Below are positions 18,093-28,052 of a stretch of 64,000 nucleotides of DNA, piece by piece. This DNA is from Acidobacteriota bacterium. Its GTDB lineage: Bacteria; Acidobacteriota; UBA6911; RPQK01; JAJDTT01. A program made the position numbers and the translations under genes. The first letter of the stretch is position 1, and the number at the start of each line of letters is the position of its first letter. The notes below the pieces were generated by a model. That model saw only the letters and a list, made by a program, of their open reading frames with translations. It was not told where the DNA came from and did no database searches. The stretch spans positions 256,001 to 320,000 of the forward strand of contig OZ253580.1 of NCBI GenBank assembly GCA_965263035.1. Reading direction: 5' to 3'.

Positions 18093-20735
18093 ATGAAGAC
18101 GTCCGTGGAAATCCGCAACACCTTTCTGGATTTCTTCCGGGAACAGGGCCATCGCGTGGTCAAGAGCAGTTCCCTGGTTCCGGGAGACGACCCGACGCTG
18201 CTCTTCACCAACGCCGGGATGAATCAGTTCAAGGAGGTCTTTCAGGGACTGGAACAGAGAGACTACAGGCGCGCCACCACCTGCCAGAAATGCATGCGGG
18301 TGAGCGGCAAGCACAACGATCTGGACACCGTGGGCCGAACGCCCCTGCACCATACCTTCTTCGAGATGATGGGGAACTTCTCGTTCGGAGACTACTTCAA
18401 GCGGGAAGCCGTCCGGTATGCCTGGGACCTGTGCACCGAGGTGTACGGGCTTGATCCCCAACGGCTCCACGCCACGGTCTACGAAGACGACGATGAGGCC
18501 TACGGCCTCTGGCGCGACTTCATCGGCGTTCCCCGAGAGCGGGTCTACCGGCTGGGCGAGGCGGACAACTTCTGGGCCATGGGAGACACCGGCCCCTGCG
18601 GTCCCTGCGCCGAGCTGCACTTCGACCTGGGGGTCAGTCCTCTGGGCCACCGGGACTGCAAGCTGGGATGCGAATGCGGCCGCTACGTGGAGATCTGGAA
18701 CCTGGTCTTCATGCAGTTCAACCGGGATTCGCAGGGCCGCACCGCTGCCCTGCCCTCTCCGTCCATCGATACGGGCATGGGTCTCGAGCGGATCACGGCC
18801 ATCCTTCAAGGCGTGACCAGCAACTACGACACCGATCTGTTTCAGCCTCTCATCCAGGAGGCCGAGCGCCTCACCGCGAGTACCTATGGGAACGACGAAC
18901 AGACGGACGTGAGCCTGCGCATTCTGGCCGACCACAGCCGTGCCTGCGCCTTCCTCATCGGGGACGGGGTCATTCCGGACAACGAGGGCCGCGGCTATGT
19001 GCTCAGAAAGATCTTGCGGCGCGCCACCCGCCACGGTCAGCTTTTGGGAAAGGAAGAGCCCTTTCTGTTCACTCTGTCCGCCCTGGCGGCCGATCTGATG
19101 AGCGAGCCCTATCCCGAGCTGGAGCCTCAACGGGAGTACCTGGCGCGGGTCGTGCGCCACGAGGAGGAAAAGTTCCGGGCCACGCTCAACCACGGAATGG
19201 GCCTGTTCGAAGAGATCGTGGCTCGGGTTCGGGAATCGGAAAGCGGAATGCTTCCGGGCGAGGATCTCTTCCGGCTCTATGACACCTTCGGGTTTCCCCT
19301 GGACCTGGCACGGGACCTGGCCCAGGAACGCTCTCTTGAGATCGACGAACAGGGTTTCTTCGCCGAGATGGAGAAGCAGCGCCAGCGGGCTCGCGCCAGT
19401 TGGAAAGGGGCGGGCAGGACCCTGCAGCCGGTGCACCAGGAGTTGATCGGACAGGGATACGAAACGGAGTTCACGGGATACGAGCAGTTGGAAGCCGTCT
19501 CGGGCTCGGTTCTGGCACTGGTTCGCAACCAGCGCCGGGTCCCGCACCTGGGACCCGGAGAAGAAGGCGAGGTGGTGCTGGACCGCAGTCCCTTCTATGC
19601 CGAAGCGGGAGGCCAGGTCGGAGACCAGGGGACCCTGGAGACCGACTCCGCTCGGTTTCGGATCCTGGACACTTACACTCCGGCCCAGGGGCTCCGCCTT
19701 TCCCGGGTCCGCGCGCAGCAGGGCGAACTCAAGTCGGGAGACGCCGTCCGCTCCAGCCTGGATCTCCTGCGGCGGAAAGCCACGGCCCGAAACCACACTT
19801 CGACCCACCTCATGCATGCCGCCCTGCGCCGAATCCTGGGAGTCCATGTCAAGCAGGCCGGATCCCTCGTAGCCCCGGACCGCCTCCGATTCGACTTCAC
19901 CCATTTCCGGCCGGTGACGCCGGAGGAGATTTCCCAGGTTGAGGATCTGGTCAATCAGGTAATCCGGCGCGACAGCGCTGTCGACACTCGTGTCCGGAGT
20001 CTGGATCAAGCTCTCGAGGAAGGCGCCACCGCCCTTTTCGGAGAGAAATATGAATCGCAGGTCCGGATGGTCTCCATTCCCGGCTTCAGCAAGGAGCTCT
20101 GCGGCGGCACCCACGTGGGAAGAACCGGTGAGATCGGGCTCTTCAAGATCACCAGCGAAGGAAGCGTCTCCGCCGGGGTGCGGAGAATCGAAGCTGTGAC
20201 CGGAGAGGTGGCGATGTCCCGTTACTCTCGGATGGACGCCATCGTCTCCGGCCTCTCCCGGCGGCTGAAGACTCCCATGGCGCACCTGGAAGAGGCGATC
20301 CGGAAATCCCTGGAGGACCTCAAGCAGTCCCAGAAGCAGGTCGACGCCCTACAGTTGAAGTTGGCCGGACAGAAGAGCCTGGATACCCTGGACCGGTCCC
20401 GCCGGGTCCGGGGAATTCGCGTGGTGGCGGAAGAGGTGGCGGATCTGGACCGGAGTTCGTTGCGCCAACTGGCGGATCAGCTCAAGAACCGGCTCAAGTC
20501 GGGGGTCGTGGTCCTGGGAACGCCCATTGACGGAAAGGTGAGCCTGATCGCCATGGTCAGCGACGACCTGACCGATCGGATCCAGGCCCATCAGCTGATC
20601 CGCAAGCTGGCCCGGTTGGTGGGAGGGGGCGGAGGCGGCAGGCCGGACATGGCCGAAGCCGGTGGCAGGGATCCCTCCCGGCTGGGGGAGGCCCTGGAGC
20701 AGACCTACCGGCTGGTGGAGGAGTCGCTGAACTGA
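18093..20735 (+). CDS. alaS: Alanine--tRNA ligase
   Basis: LLFTNAGMNQFK, HHTFFEMMGNFSFGDYFK, HTSTHLMH, ELCGGTH, GGGGG. Confidence 0.98.
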   Translation: MKTSVEIRNTFLDFFREQGHRVVKSSSLVPGDDPTLLFTNAGMNQFKEVFQGLEQRDYRRATTCQKCMRVSGKHNDLDTVGRTPLHHTFFEMMGNFSFGDYFKREAVRYAWDLCTEVYGLDPQRLHATVYEDDDEAYGLWRDFIGVPRERVYRLGEADNFWAMGDTGPCGPCAELHFDLGVSPLGHRDCKLGCECGRYVEIWNLVFMQFNRDSQGRTAALPSPSIDTGMGLERITAILQGVTSNYDTDLFQPLIQEAERLTASTYGNDEQTDVSLRILADHSRACAFLIGDGVIPDNEGRGYVLRKILRRATRHGQLLGKEEPFLFTLSALAADLMSEPYPELEPQREYLARVVRHEEEKFRATLNHGMGLFEEIVARVRESESGMLPGEDLFRLYDTFGFPLDLARDLAQERSLEIDEQGFFAEMEKQRQRARASWKGAGRTLQPVHQELIGQGYETEFTGYEQLEAVSGSVLALVRNQRRVPHLGPGEEGEVVLDRSPFYAEAGGQVGDQGTLETDSARFRILDTYTPAQGLRLSRVRAQQGELKSGDAVRSSLDLLRRKATARNHTSTHLMHAALRRILGVHVKQAGSLVAPDRLRFDFTHFRPVTPEEISQVEDLVNQVIRRDSAVDTRVRSLDQALEEGATALFGEKYESQVRMVSIPGFSKELCGGTHVGRTGEIGLFKITSEGSVSAGVRRIEAVTGEVAMSRYSRMDAIVSGLSRRLKTPMAHLEEAIRKSLEDLKQSQKQVDALQLKLAGQKSLDTLDRSRRVRGIRVVAEEVADLDRSSLRQLADQLKNRLKSGVVVLGTPIDGKVSLIAMVSDDLTDRIQAHQLIRKLARLVGGGGGGRPDMAEAGGRDPSRLGEALEQTYRLVEESLN

Positions 20736-20747
20736 ACTTCGGGCTAA

Positions 20748-20908
20748 CAGTCCGTGGTGAAAGTCCCACGTAGCACCGAGACCGGGGCTGCGCCCGCCGG
20801 ACATGGCGCAACGGAGGGAGCATTCCGGGAGTATGTGACCGAGTCGAAACGCAGTCCGCGCACGATGCAGACCCGGTCGAATGCCGTGAGGACTTTTGCC
20901 ACGGGCTG
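20748..20908 (+). mobile_element. MITE family A, copy 3 (161 bp, most divergent)
   Basis: Same TIRs; flanks CTAA/TTAA. Confidence 0.85.
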
Positions 20909-21013
20909 TTAAACTGGCTGCGAGAAACTCGAATGGCAGCATCCGACCCAACGCATCGAATAATCCGAAAGTCGAATCGGCCATCCCGGCGGGCAGCGCA
21001 TCCTATCCGGAAA

Positions 21014-21640
21014 ATGATCGCATGTCTGCTGGTATTGCTGGTGGCGTCGCCCTCCCTGCTGGCGAACCGAATCCACAGCTATTGGAGAGAAGACGGTGTC
21101 CGCGTGCTCACCAACCTGGTCCCGGACCGGCCGGAACGGGACAGCCTGCGGATTCAGCCCGGCCAGGGGGCTGGACTCTATCGATCCGCGGTTCAGAAAA
21201 TCTCCCGGCGCTACGGCGTGGACATGGATCTGGTGAACGCCGTTATCCGCGTCGAAAGCAACTTCCGTCCGGAAGCGGTCTCTCCCAAGGGATGCCTGGG
21301 ACTGATGCAACTGCACCCCGATACGGCTCGCCGGTTCGGCGTCCGCGACGTGTTCGATCCGGTCCAGAACATCGAAGGGGGCGTTCGTTACCTGGAATTC
21401 CTCCTCGACTATTTCCAGGGCGATCTGGAACTGGCTCTGGCGGGATACAACGCGGGCGAGAACGCGGTGGTCCGTTACGGGGGGGTGCCTCCGTACCCGG
21501 AAACCATCGACTACGTGAACAAGGTCCGGCAAATCTACGGATTCGCCTCGCCCCAGGCCCCCGAGGACCGGATCCTGCGCGTGGTGCAACCCGGCGGACG
21601 GATCCTGCTCACCAATATCCCCCATTCGAACCCCTTTTGA
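21014..21640 (+). CDS. Lytic transglycosylase (SLT domain)
   Basis: IRVESNF, GCLGLMQL, ALAGYNAG. Confidence 0.92.
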   Translation: MIACLLVLLVASPSLLANRIHSYWREDGVRVLTNLVPDRPERDSLRIQPGQGAGLYRSAVQKISRRYGVDMDLVNAVIRVESNFRPEAVSPKGCLGLMQLHPDTARRFGVRDVFDPVQNIEGGVRYLEFLLDYFQGDLELALAGYNAGENAVVRYGGVPPYPETIDYVNKVRQIYGFASPQAPEDRILRVVQPGGRILLTNIPHSNPF

Positions 21641-21800
21641 CAGTCCGTGGGGGAAGTCCCGCGAGCACCGAGACCGTTCCTGCGCCTGCCGGACAAGGCG
21701 CAACGGAGGGAGCATTCCGGGAGTATGTGAGCCGATAGCAACGCAGTCCGCGCACGATGCAGGGACGGTCGAATGCCGTGACGACTTTCGCCACGGGCTG
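21641..21800 (+). mobile_element. MITE family A, copy 4 (160 bp)
   Basis: Same TIRs; begins immediately after the TGA of the SLT gene. Confidence 0.85.
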
Positions 21801-21900
21801 TCAACGCCGCGCGGCCACTCTCGCCGCTTCGAACTTGACAGCCGCAGTGTGTACAATTGCGGACGGTAACAGTCCACCCCGGGGCCAAAGGAGTGTGACT

Positions 21901-23535
21901 GTGTGGTTCCGATTTCGACTGCTGTCGGCGCTGTCGTTGGTGCTGTTTGGCGGCTCCCTGTTCGCGGGTCAGGATCGCGACCCCGCCGAAACGGCTTACG
22001 CCGAGGCCTTCCGGTTCGGACTCGAGCTGCTGGCCAAACCGGAGCCCCAGCGGACGATTCCCGATTACCGGAAAGCCGTCTCACTCTACCTCGGTGTCGT
22101 CGACCACGACCCATCCCCGGAGATCGCTGCGGATTCCCTCTACGCCGTCGCAACTCTTTACGACCGCATGGCCGATCGTGTGCCGCAGGCCGAATACCGT
22201 CAGGAAGCCATTCACGCCTACCGCCGCCTGGCCCGGGAGCACCCGCAGTCGCGCCATCGCCGCTCCGCCCTCGAACGGGCCGCCCAGTTGGAAACGGCGG
22301 CCCGCCGTCGGGCCCCGGTTCCCGAAAAGACGCCGCTGGCGGTGGTCTCCGAGATTCGATACCGCGCCAACGAGGACTACACCCGGGTCGTCATCCAACT
22401 GGACCAGGAAGTCGAGTTCGAGAAGCAGGTGCTCAAGTCACCCGACCGAATCTACTTCGACCTGGTGGGAACCCGACCGGGGCCCGAACTGAATGGACGC
22501 ACCATCAGTGTGGACGGGGTCTTCATCAAAAGGATCCGCGTCGCCCGGAACCGCCCGGAGGTCGTCCGCGTGGTCCTGGACTACCACAAGATCCGCGACC
22601 ACAGCGTGTTCGCCCTGTTCAATCCGTTCCGCATCGTCATCGATACCTACGGTCACGACTCCGGACGGAAGGCCAAGACGACCCGGGAGTTCAGTACGGC
22701 CCAGACGGCTCGTCCCATCCCGCCGCCCGCTCCAACTCGCAAAAAACCTCCGGAATCGCCACGCGCCGCCAAACGCGACCCGGAGGAAGACCTCACCCTA
22801 ACCCGGATGTTGGGACTGAAGGTCGGACGAGTCGTGGTGGACCCCGGGCATGGCGGGCATGACACGGGAGCCATCGGCCCCGGAGGGCTGCGGGAAAAGG
22901 ACCTGGTTCTGAGCATCGCCAGACTCCTGAAGCCATTGCTGGAAGAACGCCTGGGAACCCAGGTGATCCTGACTCGGGACGACGACCGTTTCATCCCCCT
23001 GGAAGAGCGCACGGCCATCGCCAACCAGCACAGAGCCGATCTCTTCATCTCGATTCACGGAAACTCCAGCCGCGGGAGACGAGCCACCGGGGCGGAGACC
23101 TTCTACCTGAATTTTGCCAAGACCGCCTCGGAACAGGACGTGGCCACCCGAGAGAACGCCGCGTCCCAGCGGACGGTGGGGGAGCTCGAAGACCTCCTGC
23201 GCCAGATCGCCAAGGGAGACTACAACACCGAGTCCCGCAAATTGGCCGGTGTGGTCCAGACCAGCCTGTTCTCAGGAATCAAGAAGCATCGCCGTCCCTT
23301 CCTGAACCGTGGCGTCAAGACCGCTCCCTTCATCGTGCTCATGGGAGCGAGCATGCCCAGCATCCTCACCGAGGTCGGGTTCATCAGCAATCCCGCCGAA
23401 GAGAAGTTTCTGACCACTTCCGAGAACCGCCAAAAGGTCGCCGAAGCCCTGTTCGAGGGTGTAAAACAGTACCTCCAGGACTTGGGAACCGCCGGTCCCG
23501 GGCAGGAGTTGGCCGAGGTGAGGAGCGAGAAGTGA
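21901..23535 (+). CDS. N-acetylmuramoyl-L-alanine amidase (TPR + AMIN + Amidase_3)
   Basis: VDPGHGGHD, EKDLVL, FISIHGN, LTEVGFISN; start at GTG after AAGGAG is inferred. Confidence 0.92.
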   Translation: MWFRFRLLSALSLVLFGGSLFAGQDRDPAETAYAEAFRFGLELLAKPEPQRTIPDYRKAVSLYLGVVDHDPSPEIAADSLYAVATLYDRMADRVPQAEYRQEAIHAYRRLAREHPQSRHRRSALERAAQLETAARRRAPVPEKTPLAVVSEIRYRANEDYTRVVIQLDQEVEFEKQVLKSPDRIYFDLVGTRPGPELNGRTISVDGVFIKRIRVARNRPEVVRVVLDYHKIRDHSVFALFNPFRIVIDTYGHDSGRKAKTTREFSTAQTARPIPPPAPTRKKPPESPRAAKRDPEEDLTLTRMLGLKVGRVVVDPGHGGHDTGAIGPGGLREKDLVLSIARLLKPLLEERLGTQVILTRDDDRFIPLEERTAIANQHRADLFISIHGNSSRGRRATGAETFYLNFAKTASEQDVATRENAASQRTVGELEDLLRQIAKGDYNTESRKLAGVVQTSLFSGIKKHRRPFLNRGVKTAPFIVLMGASMPSILTEVGFISNPAEEKFLTTSENRQKVAEALFEGVKQYLQDLGTAGPGQELAEVRSEK

Positions 23536-23554
23536 GAGAAGAGGGGATTGAGCG

Positions 23555-24691
23555 GTGAGAATTCCCTGGCTTTGTGTGCTCGTGTTCTCGGGATTCGTGG
23601 CTCCGCTCAATTCCCAGGAAGCGCCCGTGGGTGTTCAACGGTATTTGGAGGGGCTGTCCGAGTACCGATTCCGCTTGCTCGAGAAGTCCGCTGACCTGGA
23701 ACGGGGGGCCGGGGATTTTTCGCGGCCCCTGCTCGAGGAATACGCCCTTCAGTCCTATTCCCGCTGGCGCTTCCAGAAGCCGGGGGCTTCCTCCCTGGTG
23801 ATGGAAGTCTACGAGATGCTGCATCAGCAGGGCGCTTTCGGAATGTACCGCCTCGATTCGGTGCTGCGGCCCACAACCGGAGACCGGCTCGAGTTGCCCG
23901 TGGAGAACCGTTGCGGAGAAAGCGGTTGTATTTTCTGGCGGGGTCCCTTTCTGTTTCGTCTCACCGCCAAGCCGGGAGCCCAGGCCAGAGATCAGATCAA
24001 GGGCGCCGTGGCGGCTCTCGTGGAAGCGATCCCCATCGTCAACCTCCATCCCGTGACGGTGCTCCACCTGCCTCGCCAGGACCTGGTCACGGATTCCGTC
24101 GGCGTCTATCTGGGGCCGGCGGCCTTGGCCTACAACGATCGCTTCCCCGACCCGCTCATGGCCAAGATCGGCTTCCAGGACCGGGTCGAGATCGCCTTCG
24201 CGGACTATGGTCCAGACGGCGGCTCCCTGTTTCTGCTGGCCTACCCGACGCCGGCCCTGGCGGCCGACTACTTCCTCGAACTCCAGAACTCGCTGCATTC
24301 GTTCTTTTCTCCCGACGGCATCTACATCAAGCGGAGCGGCGTGCTGCTGGCCCTGTTTCAGGGAACGGAATCCCGGGCACAGGCGGTGTTGGGAGAGGTT
24401 CAATGGGCGCCGGCGGTGAAGTGGGTCCACGACCGGACCGTCGAAGTGAAACCATCGGACCAGGTCCGGAGTTTTCTGGACATGCTGATCCGCACGGCAC
24501 TGGCCACAGTCTGCTTCATCCTGGGCAGCCTCGGGTTCGGCTGTCTCCTCGGATACACCTGGTACCGGCTTGATGAACGCTTCCCGGTGTGGGGGACCAG
24601 GAATGACGCCATTCGATTGAACCTGTCGAGCGCCGCTCCCATGCCGGGCCGCGTCGAGAGGTCATACTGGAGCGGATTCGACAAGTCATGA
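23555..24691 (+). CDS. Hypothetical exported protein with C-terminal TM anchor (DUF6599-like)
   Basis: 378-aa ORF in operon context, signal peptide, AFGMY motif, C-terminal hydrophobic helix. Confidence 0.7.
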   Translation: MRIPWLCVLVFSGFVAPLNSQEAPVGVQRYLEGLSEYRFRLLEKSADLERGAGDFSRPLLEEYALQSYSRWRFQKPGASSLVMEVYEMLHQQGAFGMYRLDSVLRPTTGDRLELPVENRCGESGCIFWRGPFLFRLTAKPGAQARDQIKGAVAALVEAIPIVNLHPVTVLHLPRQDLVTDSVGVYLGPAALAYNDRFPDPLMAKIGFQDRVEIAFADYGPDGGSLFLLAYPTPALAADYFLELQNSLHSFFSPDGIYIKRSGVLLALFQGTESRAQAVLGEVQWAPAVKWVHDRTVEVKPSDQVRSFLDMLIRTALATVCFILGSLGFGCLLGYTWYRLDERFPVWGTRNDAIRLNLSSAAPMPGRVERSYWSGFDKS

Positions 24692-26046
24692 CCGGCAGGA
24701 AGTCACTCCAGTTGGAGAGGGCCCTCGAGCTTGTCTACCGTTCGGCTCTGGCGGCGGTCGACCCCGGCCAGGTGGTTCGAGGCTCTTTGTCTCTGGACGA
24801 GGAAGCGCTTCACGTAGGCGACCGAACCTATCCGCTGAGGGAGTTCCGCAAGGTCTTTCTGGCCGGCGCCGGGAAGGCCGCCGTCCCCATGGCCGCTGCC
24901 GTCGAGCAGATCCTGGGAGATCGTCTGAGCCGAGGTCTGGTGGTGGTCAAGTACGGGCACGGCGGCGTCCTGGACAAAACCCGGGTGCTGGAGGCCGGAC
25001 ATCCCGAACCGGATGAGAACGGAGTTGCCGCCGCGTCGCAGATCCTGGAATTCCTGGACCGGAACCTGACGTCCCGCGACCTTCTCCTGGTGCTCATATC
25101 GGGGGGCGGCTCGGCCCTGACTCCCTGCCCGGTCCCGGGAATCACGCTGGCGGACAAGCAGGCGACGACCTCGGTCCTCTTGAACTCGGGCGCCACCATC
25201 CACGAGATCAACGCGATCCGGAAGCACCTGAGCCGCTTCAAGGGAGGCCGCCTGTTGCAGCACACCCACGGCGCCCAGGTCGTCTCCCTGCTCCTCTCCG
25301 ACGTGGTCGGGGACGACTTGAGCAGCATCGCCTCGGGACCCACCGTACCCGATCCCACCCGCTTCGAAGATTGTCTGGGAATCCTGAGACAGTACGGCAT
25401 CCAAACCGCGGTTCCCGATCCCGTGCTGCAGGTCCTTCAGGAAGGCGCCGGCGGTGGAGTTGACGCCCCCCGGGAGACGCTCAAGGAGAACCATCCAGCC
25501 TTCGCGAAGGTGCAGAACAGGGTGGTGGGAAGCAACATCCTGGCTCTGAAGGCGGCGGCAGCCGAAGCCGAGCGCCTGGGTTTCACGTCCCTGATTCTCT
25601 CCTCTTCCATCTACGGCAACACGGAGGACGTGGCCAAGGTCCACGTGGGCATCGCCCGGGAAGTTCTCCAGAGCGGTCTCCCGGTGGCCCCACCCTGCTG
25701 CATCATCTCCGGAGGCGAGACCACGGTCAGAGTCACCGGATCGGGCAAAGGGGGCAGGAACCAGGAATTCGCGCTCTGGTGTGCTCGGGAGATGGAGAGT
25801 TGGGGAGACGAGCCGGTTCTCATCTCCTCCATCGGTTCTGACGGCAACGATGGTCCCACCGACGCGGCTGGGGCCTCGGCTACTCCGGAGACCGCGCGAA
25901 GGTCCCGCTCACTGGGCCTCGATTTGGAGTCCTACCTGGGCGACAACGACTCCTACCACTATTTCGAGACGCTGGGCGACCTCATCATCACCGGCCCCAC
26001 CCAGACCAACGTGATGGACCTCCGGTTCATCCTGGTCGGTTCTTGA
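24688..26046 (+). CDS. Glycerate 2-kinase (TtuD/MOFRL family)
   Basis: GAGKAA, ISGGGSAL, SGGETTV, GGRNQE, TNVMD. Confidence 0.93.
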   Translation: MTGRKSLQLERALELVYRSALAAVDPGQVVRGSLSLDEEALHVGDRTYPLREFRKVFLAGAGKAAVPMAAAVEQILGDRLSRGLVVVKYGHGGVLDKTRVLEAGHPEPDENGVAAASQILEFLDRNLTSRDLLLVLISGGGSALTPCPVPGITLADKQATTSVLLNSGATIHEINAIRKHLSRFKGGRLLQHTHGAQVVSLLLSDVVGDDLSSIASGPTVPDPTRFEDCLGILRQYGIQTAVPDPVLQVLQEGAGGGVDAPRETLKENHPAFAKVQNRVVGSNILALKAAAAEAERLGFTSLILSSSIYGNTEDVAKVHVGIAREVLQSGLPVAPPCCIISGGETTVRVTGSGKGGRNQEFALWCAREMESWGDEPVLISSIGSDGNDGPTDAAGASATPETARRSRSLGLDLESYLGDNDSYHYFETLGDLIITGPTQTNVMDLRFILVGS

Positions 26047-26082
26047 CCTCTCTCTTGGGAACCAAGGAAAGAGCAAAAAGGA

Positions 26083-26225
26083 AAGAAAGGCGCGTGGTTT
26101 ACGGGTAGCGGGCACCTCTACCGAAAACGATCTGGTTAAGGATTCTGGAGCCAGATTGGTTCGAAGGCTTGTTTCTTCCATGAATCCTCCGGAGCCCAGC
26201 CGGTGAGGGAGCTTTCCTCTTTCCT
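26083..26225 (+). repeat. 143-bp dispersed repeat, copy 2
   Basis: Near-identical to 4570-4712; lies between convergent genes. Confidence 0.9.
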
Positions 26226-26248
26226 GATTTCCTCTTTTCTCAATTTCA

Positions 26249-28027
26249 TCAGAACCCACGCGCCTCACCCCAGAGGCGAGGGTCGGCCACACCTTCCCGC
26301 AGGCCGCTGACAGGGTCCACCCGGATGCAGTGGGCATCGCCGATCCGACCGCGATAGACCACCTCGTGTCCCAAGGACTCCAATTCGGCCTCGACCTGAC
26401 GGGACAGGGCTCCAGTCTCGGCGACGATCCGGTCGGGCATCCACTGGTGATGGATTCTGGGAGCATCGACCGCCTCATACAGATCCATTCCCTCGTCCAA
26501 CACGTTGAGAATGATCTGCAGAACCGTGTTGATGATGGCGGGTCCGCCGGGACTCCCCAGAACCAGAAGAACCTTGCCGTCCTGCTTGACGAGGGTGGGC
26601 GTCATGGCGCTCAGCGGGCGCTTTCCGGGAGCGATGGCGTTGGCCTCGCCCTGGATCAGCCCGAACATGTTGGGGACTCCCACTCGGGACGTGAAATCGT
26701 CCATTTCGTTGTTCAACAGGAACCCGGCCCCCTCGACGGTGACACCGGAGCCGAAATTGCCGTTGATGGTGGTGGTGATGGCCACCGCGCTTCCCTCGGG
26801 ATCCACCACCGAGAGATGCGTGGTCTGGGGCGACTCCTCTGCCAGTGGGACCGCGGCAACCCGCCTGCTTTCGGTGGCGGACGCTTCGTCCAGATCCTCC
26901 AACCGGTCCCGGGCATGTTCCGTGGACAGGAGCCGATCGACGGGAACCTCGGTGAAATCAGCGTCGCCCATGTAGGCGGCGCGGTCGGCGAAGGCCCGGC
27001 GCATGCATTCCGCCAGCAGATGGAGCCGCGGAGTGGTCTCCTGCCGGCGTCCCGCCAACTCCAACATGTTCAGCATTTCCATGAGAATCACGCCCCCGGA
27101 GCTGGGAGGCCCCATGGACACGACTTCATAGCCCCGGTAATGCCCCCGGACCGGAGGCCGGATCCGGGCGACGTAACCGGCCAGGTCTTCCCGGGTCATG
27201 ATCCCGCCGTGAGCCTGCATGTCCCGTTCGATCAGCTCCGCGATCTCGCCCCGGTAGAAGGCCTCGGCGCCGTCCCGGGCGATGGCCACCAGCGTGCGCG
27301 CCAAGTCGGGCTGGGTGAAGGTCTGGCCCGGCGCAGGGGTACTTCCGCCCGGCAGAAAGATGCGGCGGCTCTCATCGAAACGCTCCAGTAGGGGACCGGC
27401 CGCTTCCAGGGATCGGCTGAAGTGTTCCTCCACCACGAAACCGTTCCGGGCCAGATCGATGGCCGGCTCCAGCAACCGGCTCCAGGGAAGCGTCCCGAAA
27501 CGGCTCCAGGCCAAGTGAAGCCCGGCCACGGACCCCGGAACTCCCGACGCCAGGTATCCCACGGTGGACAACTCCGGAACCACATCTCCCGCAGCATTCA
27601 GGTACATGTCGCGACCGGCGGCGGCGGGCGCCATCTCGCGATATTCCACGCTGATCTCCCTGCCGGTTCCGGCGTCGTGGTGGAGGAGGAATCCCCCGCC
27701 TCCCACGTTGCCGGCGATGGGATGCGCCACGGCAAGTGCGAAACTCACCGTGACGGCGGCGTCGATGGCGTTGCCGCCCTCTCGCAGGATGTCGACGCCC
27801 GCCTGGCTCGCCAGCGGGTTGGCACTGACCACCATCCCCCGGGAAGCGATGGCGACGCCCGGAGCGGTCTCCTCCGGACGGCAGGAGACGATCCCGAAGG
27901 CCACGAGGAGCAGCAGACCCCAGATTGGCAGCCTGCCCTCTCGGGATGCCTTTGGCTGACCCGCCTTACGGGCCGAACGATGGACGGAATCCAGCAGGCG
28001 ATCCAAGTAAATCAAGACGGTCTCCAA
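26249..28027 (-). CDS. ggt: Gamma-glutamyltransferase (start uncertain)
   Basis: GGNAIDAA, TTHLSVVD nucleophile, NNEMDDF, GSPGG. Confidence 0.95.
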   Translation of the reverse strand: METVLIYLDRLLDSVHRSARKAGQPKASREGRLPIWGLLLLVAFGIVSCRPEETAPGVAIASRGMVVSANPLASQAGVDILREGGNAIDAAVTVSFALAVAHPIAGNVGGGGFLLHHDAGTGREISVEYREMAPAAAGRDMYLNAAGDVVPELSTVGYLASGVPGSVAGLHLAWSRFGTLPWSRLLEPAIDLARNGFVVEEHFSRSLEAAGPLLERFDESRRIFLPGGSTPAPGQTFTQPDLARTLVAIARDGAEAFYRGEIAELIERDMQAHGGIMTREDLAGYVARIRPPVRGHYRGYEVVSMGPPSSGGVILMEMLNMLELAGRRQETTPRLHLLAECMRRAFADRAAYMGDADFTEVPVDRLLSTEHARDRLEDLDEASATESRRVAAVPLAEESPQTTHLSVVDPEGSAVAITTTINGNFGSGVTVEGAGFLLNNEMDDFTSRVGVPNMFGLIQGEANAIAPGKRPLSAMTPTLVKQDGKVLLVLGSPGGPAIINTVLQIILNVLDEGMDLYEAVDAPRIHHQWMPDRIVAETGALSRQVEAELESLGHEVVYRGRIGDAHCIRVDPVSGLREGVADPRLWGEARGF

Positions 28028-28052
28028 TGGGTGGCAAGCGTGAGTTCGGGCG

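Noticed and set aside
17220-20285. Very long antisense ORFs (1021 aa here; also 48288-50573, 61248-63275 and others) and the alternate-frame ORF 53888-55762
   Set aside because: Shadow frames of well-supported genes, expected in high-GC DNA, with no recognisable motifs
21835-21857. TTGACA...TACAAT sigma70 promoter before the amidase
   Set aside because: Spacing is 11 nt rather than about 17; only an extended -10 (TGTGTACAAT) is plausible, so it was not called
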